A DNA stretch of 64,000 nt from a virus (Duplodnaviria > Caudoviricetes): the IMG/VR virus record IMGVR_UViG_3300030109_002859, positions 1,885 through 65,884 of that record; one strand, given 5' to 3'. Shown piece by piece: positions 39,692 to 49,840 of this stretch. The notes beneath the pieces were generated by a model. That model was given only the letters and a program-made list of their open reading frames with translations, had not been told where the DNA came from and made no database searches. The position numbers were made by a program, and so were the translations under genes. The stretch's first letter is position 1. Every line of letters starts with the position of its first letter.

Positions 39692-39735
39692 TAGTTAGTA
39701 TTTCAACACATACTAATAGCTGATTAAGCATACAG

Positions 39736-39771
39736 AAGCCCCCAATTTATTTTGGGGGTTTTTGTTTTTTT
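39736..39771 (+). terminator. Intrinsic terminator after the capsid gene
   Basis: AAGCCCCC-AATTTATTTT-GGGGGTTTTTGTTTTTT. Confidence 0.85.
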
Positions 39772-39794
39772 ATATAAAAATTCAATACTTATAT

Positions 39795-39899
39795 ACGAGA
39801 GATTATTTCCAGCCCTGGCGACGGATGTCGTGGGTATTGTAATCTAACAATTAAAGGTTGAGGGAAGCAGGAAATCCCCTTGACGCATGGAGAGAAAGA
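39795..39899 (+). promoter_or_regulatory. GC-rich structured 5' leader, candidate cis-regulatory RNA
   Basis: GATTA/TAATC enclosing GCCC..CGAC-GGAT-GTCG..GGGT; second hairpin TTGAGGG..CCCTTGA; preceded by ATACTTATA at 39785. Confidence 0.45.
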
Positions 39900-40547
39900 A
39901 TGGCAGATACAGCAAAAGTAACTCTGAAAAGTAAACTAAGAGAATCTCACGCAAATTATTTCGATAACTTATGTGACTCTATTGTTACTTTATCAGACGA
40001 CCAAACACTATCAGGAGCAACAACAATTGCAGTAGATTCATCATTTAAATCACCAGGAAAACTATTGGTAGATATCGATAACGATACATCAATCTACACA
40101 TTAGTAAGTGGTCACACTTATTTCTGGGGAACAGCAACTGGTTTACCAGGCGCAACTGATAACGCTAACGCAATCACATTTGCTCTACCAACACCAAGTC
40201 AAGCAGGTGAATACATTTGTATTTTACCACAAAATGCAGCAGCAATTTCAAAACTTGTAGGTATTACAGTCGTTGAGGAATCAACAGACACAATTACATA
40301 TCAAGTATATGAACCAACTGCAAACAACACAGCATTGATTGAAACTGGTACGACAGCAACTGGAACACACGGTACACAAAATACTATGGTTAAATTAAAC
40401 AATTCTCACCTATTAGTAGGTGATGAGATTCATTGTTATTCATTATCAGCAACTCAATGGTTGGTAAGAATAGTAGGAAGAAACAATCTAATCGCAGCTG
40501 GTGATATCGCAATAGACCCAGGTAATGTTGGTGGATACATTGACTAA
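39900..40547 (+). CDS. Probable virion (decoration-type) protein
   Basis: Start moved to ATG 39900 after GGAG; Thr-rich, own promoter motif and terminator, next to capsid gene. Confidence 0.6.
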   Translation: MADTAKVTLKSKLRESHANYFDNLCDSIVTLSDDQTLSGATTIAVDSSFKSPGKLLVDIDNDTSIYTLVSGHTYFWGTATGLPGATDNANAITFALPTPSQAGEYICILPQNAAAISKLVGITVVEESTDTITYQVYEPTANNTALIETGTTATGTHGTQNTMVKLNNSHLLVGDEIHCYSLSATQWLVRIVGRNNLIAAGDIAIDPGNVGGYID

Positions 40548-40586
40548 TAACTAATTAATCAGTCCTGAAGCTGATTATATAGTGAT

Positions 40587-40617
40587 AAAAAGCCCCCTAT
40601 TTATAGGGGGTTTTTTT
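40587..40617 (+). terminator. Intrinsic terminator
   Basis: AAAAAGCCCCC-TATTTATA-GGGGG-TTTTTTT. Confidence 0.85.
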
Positions 40618-40681
40618 ATACAAAAATTTAATTATTGATATTTATTAATGTATATACAATTACTATTAATAGGAGATTTTA

Positions 40682-41851
40682 ATGGCTACAGAAGCAATAT
40701 GGCCCGGTAGCGGTTCAGGAATACATCCTGATAGCGGTTCTACACCATTCGCAATATATGATTCAGACTCGGACTTTCAATCAGAAGGCCCAAAATTCGC
40801 AAAATGGTGTGCTCAAAGACTTGGATACCCAATAACAGCGGTTGAGTTACAAGATACTCAATTTTACGCTTGTTTTGAGGAAGCTATTTCTGAATATAGT
40901 GCGCAAGTCAATCAATTTAACATTCGTGATAACTTATTACATTTAAAGGGACAATCAACGAGTTCAAACTTTACACAACAAAGAATAAGACCAACATTAG
41001 CAGAAACTATCTTTATATCAGAAACTTATGGTAGTGAGGCACACGTTGGTGGTAATGTAGAGTTTAAAAGAACTGCAGTCTCAATAAATTCAGGTAGTCA
41101 AGTTTATGACTTAAATGAGTTAGTTAGTGAAGCGAGTGAAAGTGGAGCAAGTATTGAGGTAAAAAGAGTTCACTATGAGGCAAGTCCAGCGGTGACTCGT
41201 TATTATGACCCATATGCTTCAACGGGTATGGGAACTTACAATATGTTAGATGGATTTGGATTCGGTAATATGTCACCAGCCATTACATTTGTTTTACAAC
41301 CAATGTATGCAGACTTATTAAGAATGCAAGCAATCGAGTTTAATGACCAAATCAGAAAATCAGCATACTCTTTTGAAATAAAGAATAATAAATTAAGAGT
41401 ATTTCCAGTTCCAACAGAATCAGGTTCAATGTGGATTGAATATATCAAAACAGAAGATAGAGATAATCCATTAAGAACAAGATATCCATATTCAGGTTCT
41501 GAAGGTACGGTATCTGATTACTCAAATGCAAGATATGATTTTATTACTTATTCACAAATTAACGATGTGGGTAAACAATGGATTCGTAAGTATGGATTGG
41601 CATTATCAAAAGAGTTATTAGGTATTGTTCGTAGTAAATACGGGTCAATCCCTATCCCAAATGCAGAGGTTTCATTAGACGGAGATACACTAAGAGCTGA
41701 AGCAACTGCCGAAAAAGAACAATTAGTAGAACAATTAAGAGAAACACTTGAACAAACAAGTCGTAAGGCATTAATGGAAGCTTCAAAGGACGAAAGTGAA
41801 TTTGAACAAGAGAAGTTAAGAAAAGTGCCTTATCCACTCTACATAGGATAA
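40682..41851 (+). CDS. Neck/head-tail adaptor protein (gp13-like)
   Basis: RLGYPITAVEL near N-terminus, WIRKYGLALSKELLG..RSKY, LDGDTL, PLYIG end; position after capsid. Confidence 0.75.
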   Translation: MATEAIWPGSGSGIHPDSGSTPFAIYDSDSDFQSEGPKFAKWCAQRLGYPITAVELQDTQFYACFEEAISEYSAQVNQFNIRDNLLHLKGQSTSSNFTQQRIRPTLAETIFISETYGSEAHVGGNVEFKRTAVSINSGSQVYDLNELVSEASESGASIEVKRVHYEASPAVTRYYDPYASTGMGTYNMLDGFGFGNMSPAITFVLQPMYADLLRMQAIEFNDQIRKSAYSFEIKNNKLRVFPVPTESGSMWIEYIKTEDRDNPLRTRYPYSGSEGTVSDYSNARYDFITYSQINDVGKQWIRKYGLALSKELLGIVRSKYGSIPIPNAEVSLDGDTLRAEATAEKEQLVEQLRETLEQTSRKALMEASKDESEFEQEKLRKVPYPLYIG

Positions 41852-41855
41852 GAAA

Positions 41856-42338
41856 ATGCCAAGATACTATCCAAAAAAGGATTTGGACACAATAGAAAAG
41901 TTTAATAGAGAATTACTCGGTGAACCGAATATTTCTAAAGATGGAATTATAGACCAATTTGTTATTCTATACAGAGTATCAGTTTATGAAACTGAATCAA
42001 ATATGTATGGAGAAGCATCTGAAGGAAAAGTCTATCAACAACCAGTTAAACTACCTTGTATTGTAAACGCAGAGGGTTTTGACTTTAATACAGATGACTT
42101 TGGTGTAGATAATCGTCAAAGTGTTTCATTTGCATTTCAAAGAGCATACTTAGTAGAAGTAGACTTGAAGCCAGAAATTGGTGACATTTGTCAATGGAAT
42201 AGTGGTTATTTTGAAATTATATCATTTGATGAGAATCAACTCGTAGGTGGAGATGTAGATAATAGTCACTCAATAGTTGCACAAGCACGACTAACAAGAA
42301 TGCCAACCACAAACTTAGAAGAATATAGAGGATATTAA
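41856..42338 (+). CDS. Head closure/neck protein (gp14-like)
   Basis: NMYGE, PEIGD..W...YFEI pattern; synteny. Confidence 0.65.
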   Translation: MPRYYPKKDLDTIEKFNRELLGEPNISKDGIIDQFVILYRVSVYETESNMYGEASEGKVYQQPVKLPCIVNAEGFDFNTDDFGVDNRQSVSFAFQRAYLVEVDLKPEIGDICQWNSGYFEIISFDENQLVGGDVDNSHSIVAQARLTRMPTTNLEEYRGY

Positions 42339-44020
42339 TGGCAAGAAGAAATAAACCGATACCAAGAAGTCAACGATTAATCTTTAATCGTGGGACAAAA
42401 GTTAGTCGTAATTCTCCTGGAGCAAAAGATGATGTAAAAAACTTTTCAGTAGGTTTGATGGATATGGACTCTGCTATTATGTATTACTTCAATGAAGTAA
42501 TCAAACCAGAAGTAGAAGTCAATAAAGAAAAAGTTAAAGTTCCTTGCATTTACGCATCACCAGAACGTTGGTTTCAAATTCAAAGACAAGGATATTTAAG
42601 GGATAAGAAAAAGCAAGTTATTGTTCCTTTGATTGCATATAAAAGAACAGGAATAGCAAAAAATACAGATATACCTATTGATAAGTTGGATGCGAACAAA
42701 CCAACACAATTTTATAGTTTTGAAAAGAAGTTCTCACATACAAATCGTTATGACAAATTTAGTGTTCTACAAGACCTAACACCCAATAAAGAGTTTTACA
42801 ATGTAACAATGCCAGACTATATAACATTGACATATGAGTTTACAATATGGACAAGTTATATAGAGCAAATGAACACCATTGTTGAAAAGGTTAATTATTC
42901 AGACGGAGCATATTGGGGTGAACCTGGTAAAATGCGATTTAGAAGTTCAATTGAAAGTTTTTCCGACGCGACAGAAATAGAGGGTGAAAAATTAATTAAG
43001 ACCACATTTACTGTTACGATGTATGGGTATATTTTACCTGAACAATTTGATAATCAGAACACAACACAAAAGTATTTAACACCTAAAAAAATTATTATGA
43101 GAGAGGATGTAGATACGGATGTTTTTAAGCCAGAGGTAGTTCCAACAGGAGTAGGAGTTGGTGGAGTTTCTACTGATAAAAGTATTTTTGGGATTTCAGT
43201 TGCAAATCAATTTATTTTAACACAAGGTACAGGTGTAACAATATCAAATACCGGAGTTGGATTTAATGGTGCAAGTGCACTAACACAGGCAATATCTATC
43301 GGTCAACCGGTGGGAACTACTGATAGTGTTCTATTCAATCAAGTAACAGCAAGTAATTCAATACAAGTTGGTGATTCATCTACATTATATACTTCAACAG
43401 GTATAAGTGGTAGTATTGATATTACAGGTTCATTAGAAACCACGGGTAATTTTAATGTTCAAGGTGATACAACAATTACAGGAACATTAACAGCAAATGA
43501 ATTTCATACAACATTTACTTCAGCATCAATTATATTTGCAAGTGGTTCTACAAAGTTTGGTGATTCTCAAGACGACACACACCAATTTACAGGTAGTGTT
43601 GACATCACGGGTTCATTTGAATTAATGGGACATTCGGTAAATGAAATATCAAATGATACAACATTGGCAGGTTCAAGTGCAACTGCATTAGTAACTGAAA
43701 ATGCAGTAAAATCATATGTTGACGCCGAAGTGGGAGATGTTCAAACTTATTTAAGAAAGAATTTTTATAAATCATCAGCAAGTATAACTAATGCCACAAC
43801 AGCAAGTTTTACTGCGGTGACAGCGTCCGCTCCAAGTGGATACACTGCAACAAGTGAAAATGATTTTGTATTCTTTATCAATGGACAATTTATGGAAAAT
43901 AATGCCATAGGAATACAACAAAAAGGAAGTTCATTGGAATTACACGTTGATACGGGTAGTATTGGATATATTTTAGAAAGTGATGACGAGATATTTGGAT
44001 TTGGTAAATTTAATTCATAG
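42338..44020 (+). CDS. Tail terminator/completion protein (gp15-like) with Ser/Thr-rich C-terminal extension
   Basis: KVPCIYASPERW, PDYITLTYEFTIWT; C-terminal domain paralogous to the next gene. Confidence 0.65.
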   Translation: MARRNKPIPRSQRLIFNRGTKVSRNSPGAKDDVKNFSVGLMDMDSAIMYYFNEVIKPEVEVNKEKVKVPCIYASPERWFQIQRQGYLRDKKKQVIVPLIAYKRTGIAKNTDIPIDKLDANKPTQFYSFEKKFSHTNRYDKFSVLQDLTPNKEFYNVTMPDYITLTYEFTIWTSYIEQMNTIVEKVNYSDGAYWGEPGKMRFRSSIESFSDATEIEGEKLIKTTFTVTMYGYILPEQFDNQNTTQKYLTPKKIIMREDVDTDVFKPEVVPTGVGVGGVSTDKSIFGISVANQFILTQGTGVTISNTGVGFNGASALTQAISIGQPVGTTDSVLFNQVTASNSIQVGDSSTLYTSTGISGSIDITGSLETTGNFNVQGDTTITGTLTANEFHTTFTSASIIFASGSTKFGDSQDDTHQFTGSVDITGSFELMGHSVNEISNDTTLAGSSATALVTENAVKSYVDAEVGDVQTYLRKNFYKSSASITNATTASFTAVTASAPSGYTATSENDFVFFINGQFMENNAIGIQQKGSSLELHVDTGSIGYILESDDEIFGFGKFNS

Positions 44021-44028
44021 GAGTAACA

Positions 44029-44883
44029 ATGGCTGAATTAAAATATAAAAATCCATTAAAGATTAAAATAGAGACTGGAGTATTGGGAAATGTCAATGGA
44101 ACTGAGTTTTCGGTTCTTGATGTGGAAGGTATTCTTGATGAAAACATAACCATTAGTATTGGACAAAGTGTTGCAACAAGTTCTAATGTTGTGTTTGGAG
44201 CAGTAACAAGTTCTGATGTCGTAAAGATAGGTAATCTATTTTTAGGTGATGGATTTATAAGTAGTTCAAATAATGTAATGGCACATACGGGTAGTATCGT
44301 CGTTACAGAAAACGCTACATTTCCATCAATGGAAACAATTGGACAATTGAACTATGATAAACTCGAAGTAAGTGTAACGGGTTCATCTACGATATTTAAA
44401 AGTGGTTCAACGATATATGGTGATAGTTTAGATGATATTCATCAACAATCAGGTAGCGCAGATATAACTGGCTCATTTAAGTTAGAGAATTATAGTATTA
44501 ATGAGATATCAAATGATACTTCGTTAGCTGATAGTAGCACAACTTCATTACCGACTGAGAATGCTACCAAGGGATACTTGACAACACTAAATGTTCCAAA
44601 CAAATTGGCATATTTAAGAAAGTCATTTGCTCACACAGGTAGTTATACAGCAGCAGAAACTTCAAGTTTCACAGCGGTAACCGCATCTGCACCAAGTGGA
44701 GTGACTACTACGACTGAAAATGATTTTATATTTTTTATAAATGGTATGATGATTGAAAACGATGCCTTTACGATAACACAAAAGACATCAACAAATTTAG
44801 AATTAAGGTTAGATACAAGTGCATTAGGATACTCATTGGAAAATGATGATGAGGTCGTAGGATTTGGTAAATTTAATAGTTAG
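44029..44883 (+). CDS. Structural protein paralogous to the C-terminal half of 42338..44020
   Basis: Shared SFTAVTASAPSG, ENDF.FFING and GFGKFNS end. Confidence 0.7.
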   Translation: MAELKYKNPLKIKIETGVLGNVNGTEFSVLDVEGILDENITISIGQSVATSSNVVFGAVTSSDVVKIGNLFLGDGFISSSNNVMAHTGSIVVTENATFPSMETIGQLNYDKLEVSVTGSSTIFKSGSTIYGDSLDDIHQQSGSADITGSFKLENYSINEISNDTSLADSSTTSLPTENATKGYLTTLNVPNKLAYLRKSFAHTGSYTAAETSSFTAVTASAPSGVTTTTENDFIFFINGMMIENDAFTITQKTSTNLELRLDTSALGYSLENDDEVVGFGKFNS

Positions 44884-44917
44884 ATATTTATAAGTAAGGA
44901 AAAAATAAAAGAGAAAA

Positions 44918-46948
44918 ATGGCAGATTTAAAATCAAAACAAATTAAATTCCCTTTAACAGGGACGAGTGTAGTATCAAGTTCAGCACAAATAGCTACTGA
45001 CATTAGTGGTTCTTTTACTGCCGCAAGTTCAAGTTTTTCTACAAGAGTAACAACTGCAGAAACGGAATTAGGAAATACACTACTATCAAGTTCAGCACAA
45101 ATAGCTACTGATATTAGTGGTTCTTTTGTCGCTGATAGTGGTAGTTTCTCAACAAGAATTACAACCGCAGAGTCGGAGTTAGGTAATACTATATTATCAA
45201 GTTCAGCACAAATAGCTACTGACATTAGTGGTTCTTTTGTAGCACCAAGTGCAAGTTTTTCTACAAGAGTAACGACTGCTGAGACAGAATTAGGTAATAC
45301 TTTATTTAGTAGTTCAGCACAAGTTGACCACGATTCTACAACAAATTTCGTAGCAAACGAACACATTAATCACACAAGTGTTGACATAACAGCTGGAGCA
45401 GGTCTAACAGGTGGTGGAGATATTTCATCAACAAGAACATTGGCAGTCGGAGCCGGAACAGGAGTTACTGTAAACGCTGATGATGTTGCTATTGGACAGG
45501 CAGTTGCAACAACTTCAAAACCATTATTTGCAGCAATATCTGCAAGTGGTGATGTTAGTGCAAGTGCAAGTGGTTCTTTTTTAAATATATTTGCAACAAA
45601 TAATGTAAAGGGAACTAATGTATATGGTAATCTAATCGGTACGGTTGGAACAGCAACACAAGGAACGATAGACCACGACTCATTGGCAAACTTCGTAGCA
45701 GACGAACACGTTGCTCACGGAGATGTAAGTGTTATAGCTGGAACAGGACTGACTGGTGGTGGAACAATCGCATCAAACAGAACTTTAAATGTTATCGGTG
45801 GAACAGGTGTTACTGCAAATGCAGACGACATCGCTATTGGGCAGGATGTAGCAACAACTGCAAATGTAACATTCGCATCCGTGACCACAACAGGAAATAT
45901 TGAAGCAGAGGGTGATGTTATAGCGAGAAACTATATTGTAAGTTCATCAGTAACTCATATGACTTCATCAATTATGAGTGGTTCTACAAGATTTGGTGAT
46001 ACACCAGCAGATGATACACATCAATTTACAGGTTCGTTATTTGTAACTGGTTCATCATTCAATATCGATTCAATTGGTAGTGTAAGTTCAAGTAATAGTG
46101 GTTCTTTCTTGAATGTTTTTGCAACAAACAATATGAAAGCTACCAATGTATATGGTAACTTGGTTGGTACGGTTGGAACGGCTACTCAAGGGACTATTGA
46201 CCACGATTCATTAGCTAATTTTGTGGCGAATGAACATATAGACCATAGTGGTGTGACAATCACAGCTGGTGATGGATTAAGTGGTGGTGGAACAATCGCA
46301 TCTACAAGAACATTAGCAGTTGAAGCAGCACAAACAACAATTACTTCGTTATTTGCAACTGATATTAAAATTGGTGAAGACGACCAAACAAAAATAGATT
46401 TTGAAGATGATAATCAGATTAACTTTTATGGAAATAATGTAAAATTATTAGAATTATCAAACGCTAATAGTGGAGATGCGGTTTTTAATGTCGCAACCGC
46501 TGATAAAAACTTTACAATTAAAGGAACAGATGGTTCAACAGCCATTACCGCTCTCGATATTGATATGGCGGCAGCTGGTAATGCACAATTCAACGCAAAT
46601 ATATCAGGTTCTCAAATAGAAGCAAGTGGTGATGTAATCGCATTTGGTTCATCAGACAAAAGATTAAAAGACAACATTACACCAATTGAAAATCCATTAG
46701 AAAAGATGGACAAAATCGGTGGTTACACATTTGATTGGAATGAAAAACAAGATACATACAAAGGACACGATGTTGGTGTTATTGCACAAGAAATTGAGGA
46801 AATTTTACCAGAAGTCGTAACCACAAGAGGTACAGGTTATAAAGCGGTCAAGTATGAAAAAATTGTCCCACTATTGATAGAATCAATAAAAGAATTACAG
46901 AAAAAAGTTCAACAAATAGAACAAAATTGTGATTGTTTGAACAAATAG
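44918..46948 (+). CDS. Tail fibre/spike with C-terminal peptidase S74 intramolecular chaperone
   Basis: SDKRLKDNI..PLEK..GYTFDW..GVIAQE..PE.V..V.YEKIVPLLIESIKEL; internal repeats. Confidence 0.88.
   Translation: MADLKSKQIKFPLTGTSVVSSSAQIATDISGSFTAASSSFSTRVTTAETELGNTLLSSSAQIATDISGSFVADSGSFSTRITTAESELGNTILSSSAQIATDISGSFVAPSASFSTRVTTAETELGNTLFSSSAQVDHDSTTNFVANEHINHTSVDITAGAGLTGGGDISSTRTLAVGAGTGVTVNADDVAIGQAVATTSKPLFAAISASGDVSASASGSFLNIFATNNVKGTNVYGNLIGTVGTATQGTIDHDSLANFVADEHVAHGDVSVIAGTGLTGGGTIASNRTLNVIGGTGVTANADDIAIGQDVATTANVTFASVTTTGNIEAEGDVIARNYIVSSSVTHMTSSIMSGSTRFGDTPADDTHQFTGSLFVTGSSFNIDSIGSVSSSNSGSFLNVFATNNMKATNVYGNLVGTVGTATQGTIDHDSLANFVANEHIDHSGVTITAGDGLSGGGTIASTRTLAVEAAQTTITSLFATDIKIGEDDQTKIDFEDDNQINFYGNNVKLLELSNANSGDAVFNVATADKNFTIKGTDGSTAITALDIDMAAAGNAQFNANISGSQIEASGDVIAFGSSDKRLKDNITPIENPLEKMDKIGGYTFDWNEKQDTYKGHDVGVIAQEIEEILPEVVTTRGTGYKAVKYEKIVPLLIESIKELQKKVQQIEQNCDCLNK
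44975..45322 (+). repeat. 111-bp (37-aa) tandem repeat, three copies plus a partial fourth, in the fibre gene
   Basis: TCAAGTTCAGCACAAATAGCTACTGA at 44975, 45086, 45197; partial at 45308. Confidence 0.9.
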
Positions 46949-46990
46949 TTTTATATTTATATATAACTTTAAGTATATTAAGGAGTTACA

Positions 46991-47281
46991 ATGGCAAAGA
47001 AAACAACAAAAAAAGAAATAAAATTCACACAAGAAGAATTAACTTCATTAGAAAATCTTAAACAAGGGTATGATAGTATAGAGAAAGCATTAGGAAGTTT
47101 AGAAATATCTCGAATGCAAACAGAACAAACACTTGAAAAGATTGTAAATGAAAAAGTTCGTGTAGAAACTAATTATGATGAACTCAAAAAGAGTGAGGCA
47201 CAATTACTTAGTACATTGAATGAAAAGTATGGTAGAGGGAATCTCGACCCAACAACAGGTGTGTTCACACCAGCAAAATAA
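46991..47281 (+). CDS. Small coiled-coil protein ending LNEKYGRGNLDPTTGVF
   Basis: ATATTTATA at 46953, AAGGAG SD. Confidence 0.75.
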   Translation: MAKKTTKKEIKFTQEELTSLENLKQGYDSIEKALGSLEISRMQTEQTLEKIVNEKVRVETNYDELKKSEAQLLSTLNEKYGRGNLDPTTGVFTPAK

Positions 47282-47360
47282 TTACCCTTGTAGATGAGTT
47301 TTGAGAATTTACTTTGATACTTATTCATAGTAAATAATTTCAATCTTTAGGAGAAAGATA

Positions 47361-49760
47361 ATGGCCGAGAGAATAGTAAGTCCTGGTGTTTTTACCAGAG
47401 AAAAAGATTTATCATTCTTACCACAAGGAATTAGTGATATTGGAGCAGCTTTAATTGGCCCGACAGAAATGGGCCCGGCATTCGTTCCAACACAAATTCG
47501 TAATATGGGTGAGTTTGAAACAATCTTTGGTAAAGAAAACCAAGACTTTTATGTTCCTTTTACTGCGAAGCAATACCTTCGTAGTGCAGGAACAGTAACA
47601 ATAGTTCGTGTGATGGGATTAGGTGGATACGCCAATGATACAGTAGTATTAGGTATTAGTGGTTCATTTGGACACTTAGTCGCAGCAACACTTAAACCTT
47701 CAAGAGGCGCAACAACCCCTGACTCAACAGAAATAGCAGGGCCAACAAGTGCTTCAATCGTAATGGGAGTACCTTCAGCAAGTACATTTACATTGAATCT
47801 TGATACAAATAATGCAGGAGAAACATCAGCATTTGCACTATCATTTGATTCAAGTTCAGCTAACTATATTACAAAAGTATTTAGTGAAGACCCACAAGAC
47901 GCAAACCAAGCAGTTTATGTGTATTCTAATTTCCAACACACACAAAATAGAGCAGGTGCAAATGACGCAGTTACTGTCCAAAGTGGTAGTGACGAGGCAT
48001 TTTCATTTGATTACAACGAAGCGACTACACCAGCAGTTCAATCACAATTAGTGAATTCCGCAAGAACAGATTTATTCAAAGTAAAGACTCGTTCACACGG
48101 AAGTAATTTGAATTCCAAATACAAAATTGGTATTTCAAATATTAAAAGACCAGTTGATGTAGCAGGTAGTGATTATGGTTCATTCAGTTTACAGGTGATG
48201 ATTAACAATCCTGGTGAATTAGATGATGGAACTATATTGGAAAGCTTCGATAATCTATCATTTGATGAAGATAGTGTAAACTACTTACCAAGAGCAATTG
48301 GTGATAAATACACTACAATCGATTCAAATGGTAAATTAACCAACAATGGAGATTATGTAAACCAATCACAATACATTTACATTAGTAATTACGGTAATCT
48401 TACAGGAATAAATGAAGAATTAGTTCCTATGGGATTCGGAAAAGTATTACAACCACACAACACTACACTTGGAACACCAAGTGGTAGTACAATCGCAGTA
48501 ACATTCCCATCAGCATCATTTGTTGGAACATCAGTTTCAAGTGGACAAAAGAATAATCGTGGAACATTTGACCAAAATGTTTTCTATGGATTTGACTTTA
48601 ATAATGTTGACAATCAACAATATTTAGCACCACTACCAACAAGTGCAGCAGTTGGAAGCAACCTAACAATGAGTTTAGAGGACGCATATGGAAATGATGA
48701 CGCATCAACATTAGGAACACAATACTCAGCAGGTGATAATAAACTATCATTGAGTGGTTCAGATTTCAGACAATTGAAATTCCAAGTTCCTTTCCAAGGC
48801 GGATTTGATGGTGTTAATCCAGCAACAGATAGAAAAACTGGAACTAACATATCAACAGCTAACTCACAAGGGTTTGACTTTACAGACGCAAATGCAAGTG
48901 GTTCAGTTGCCTTTAAAAGAGCGATTAACGCAGTTTCTAATCCAGACGAATTTGATATCAACTTGTTATCAACACCAGGTATCATTCACGGATTAGGTGG
49001 AGGACACTCTGCAGTAACAAATCACGCAATCGATAAGGTTGAGGATAGAGCAGATACATTCTACATTATGGATGGTTCAGTTTATGGAAGAACAATTCAA
49101 GGAGCAATCAACGATGTTAAAACAATAGACTCAAACTATGTAGGAACATATTACCCTTGGGTAAAAATCTTAGATAGTGTTAAAGGTAAACCAACTTGGG
49201 TGCCACCTTCAGTAGTTTTACCAGGTGTTTATGCAAACAACGATAGAGTAGGACAAGAGTGGTTCGCACCAGCAGGTCTAAATCGTGGTGGTTTAACAGA
49301 AGTATTAGAAGCACAAACAAGACTAACCAACTTGGAAAGAGATGATTTATACGAAAATCGTATTAATCCTATCGCAACTTTCCCTGGTCAAGGTGTAGTA
49401 GTGTTTGGACAGAAAACACTTCAAGGTAAACCAAGCGCATTAGATAGAATCAATGTAAGAAGATTATTGATTAACTTGAGAAAGTTCATCGCATCATCTT
49501 CAAGATTCTTAGTGTTTGAACAAAACAATAGTGCTTTAAGAAGTCGTTTCTTGAACATTGTAAATCCATATATGGAACAAGTTCAAGCAAATGCAGGACT
49601 AACAGCATTCAGAGTAGTAATGGACGAAACAAACAACACACCAGATGTTGTAGATAGAAACCAATTAGTTGGTCAAATCTTTATCCAACCTACAAGAACA
49701 GCTGAGTTCATCGTATTGGACTTTGTAGTTCAACCAACAGGCGCAACTTTTCCTGAATAA
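47361..49760 (+). CDS. gp18: Tail sheath protein (gp18-like)
   Basis: VSPGVFTRE, WFAPAGLNRG, INPIATFPGQG..VFGQKTL, RINVRRL, PTRTAEFI. Confidence 0.96.
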   Translation: MAERIVSPGVFTREKDLSFLPQGISDIGAALIGPTEMGPAFVPTQIRNMGEFETIFGKENQDFYVPFTAKQYLRSAGTVTIVRVMGLGGYANDTVVLGISGSFGHLVAATLKPSRGATTPDSTEIAGPTSASIVMGVPSASTFTLNLDTNNAGETSAFALSFDSSSANYITKVFSEDPQDANQAVYVYSNFQHTQNRAGANDAVTVQSGSDEAFSFDYNEATTPAVQSQLVNSARTDLFKVKTRSHGSNLNSKYKIGISNIKRPVDVAGSDYGSFSLQVMINNPGELDDGTILESFDNLSFDEDSVNYLPRAIGDKYTTIDSNGKLTNNGDYVNQSQYIYISNYGNLTGINEELVPMGFGKVLQPHNTTLGTPSGSTIAVTFPSASFVGTSVSSGQKNNRGTFDQNVFYGFDFNNVDNQQYLAPLPTSAAVGSNLTMSLEDAYGNDDASTLGTQYSAGDNKLSLSGSDFRQLKFQVPFQGGFDGVNPATDRKTGTNISTANSQGFDFTDANASGSVAFKRAINAVSNPDEFDINLLSTPGIIHGLGGGHSAVTNHAIDKVEDRADTFYIMDGSVYGRTIQGAINDVKTIDSNYVGTYYPWVKILDSVKGKPTWVPPSVVLPGVYANNDRVGQEWFAPAGLNRGGLTEVLEAQTRLTNLERDDLYENRINPIATFPGQGVVVFGQKTLQGKPSALDRINVRRLLINLRKFIASSSRFLVFEQNNSALRSRFLNIVNPYMEQVQANAGLTAFRVVMDETNNTPDVVDRNQLVGQIFIQPTRTAEFIVLDFVVQPTGATFPE

Positions 49761-49777
49761 TAGGAAATGAAAAATAA

Positions 49778-49813
49778 AAAAAAACCCCCATTTATTTGGG
49801 GGTTTTTTGTTTT
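49778..49813. terminator. Bidirectional intrinsic terminator between convergent genes
   Basis: A-tract, CCCCC-ATTTATTT-GGGGG, T-tract. Confidence 0.85.
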
Positions 49814-49840
49814 AACTGGATCGCGTTGATTGGAAATAAA

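Noticed and set aside
44975-45322. CRISPR array or DGR template/variable repeats
   Set aside because: In-frame 111-bp coding repeats without unique spacers; no cas or reverse transcriptase gene in the window
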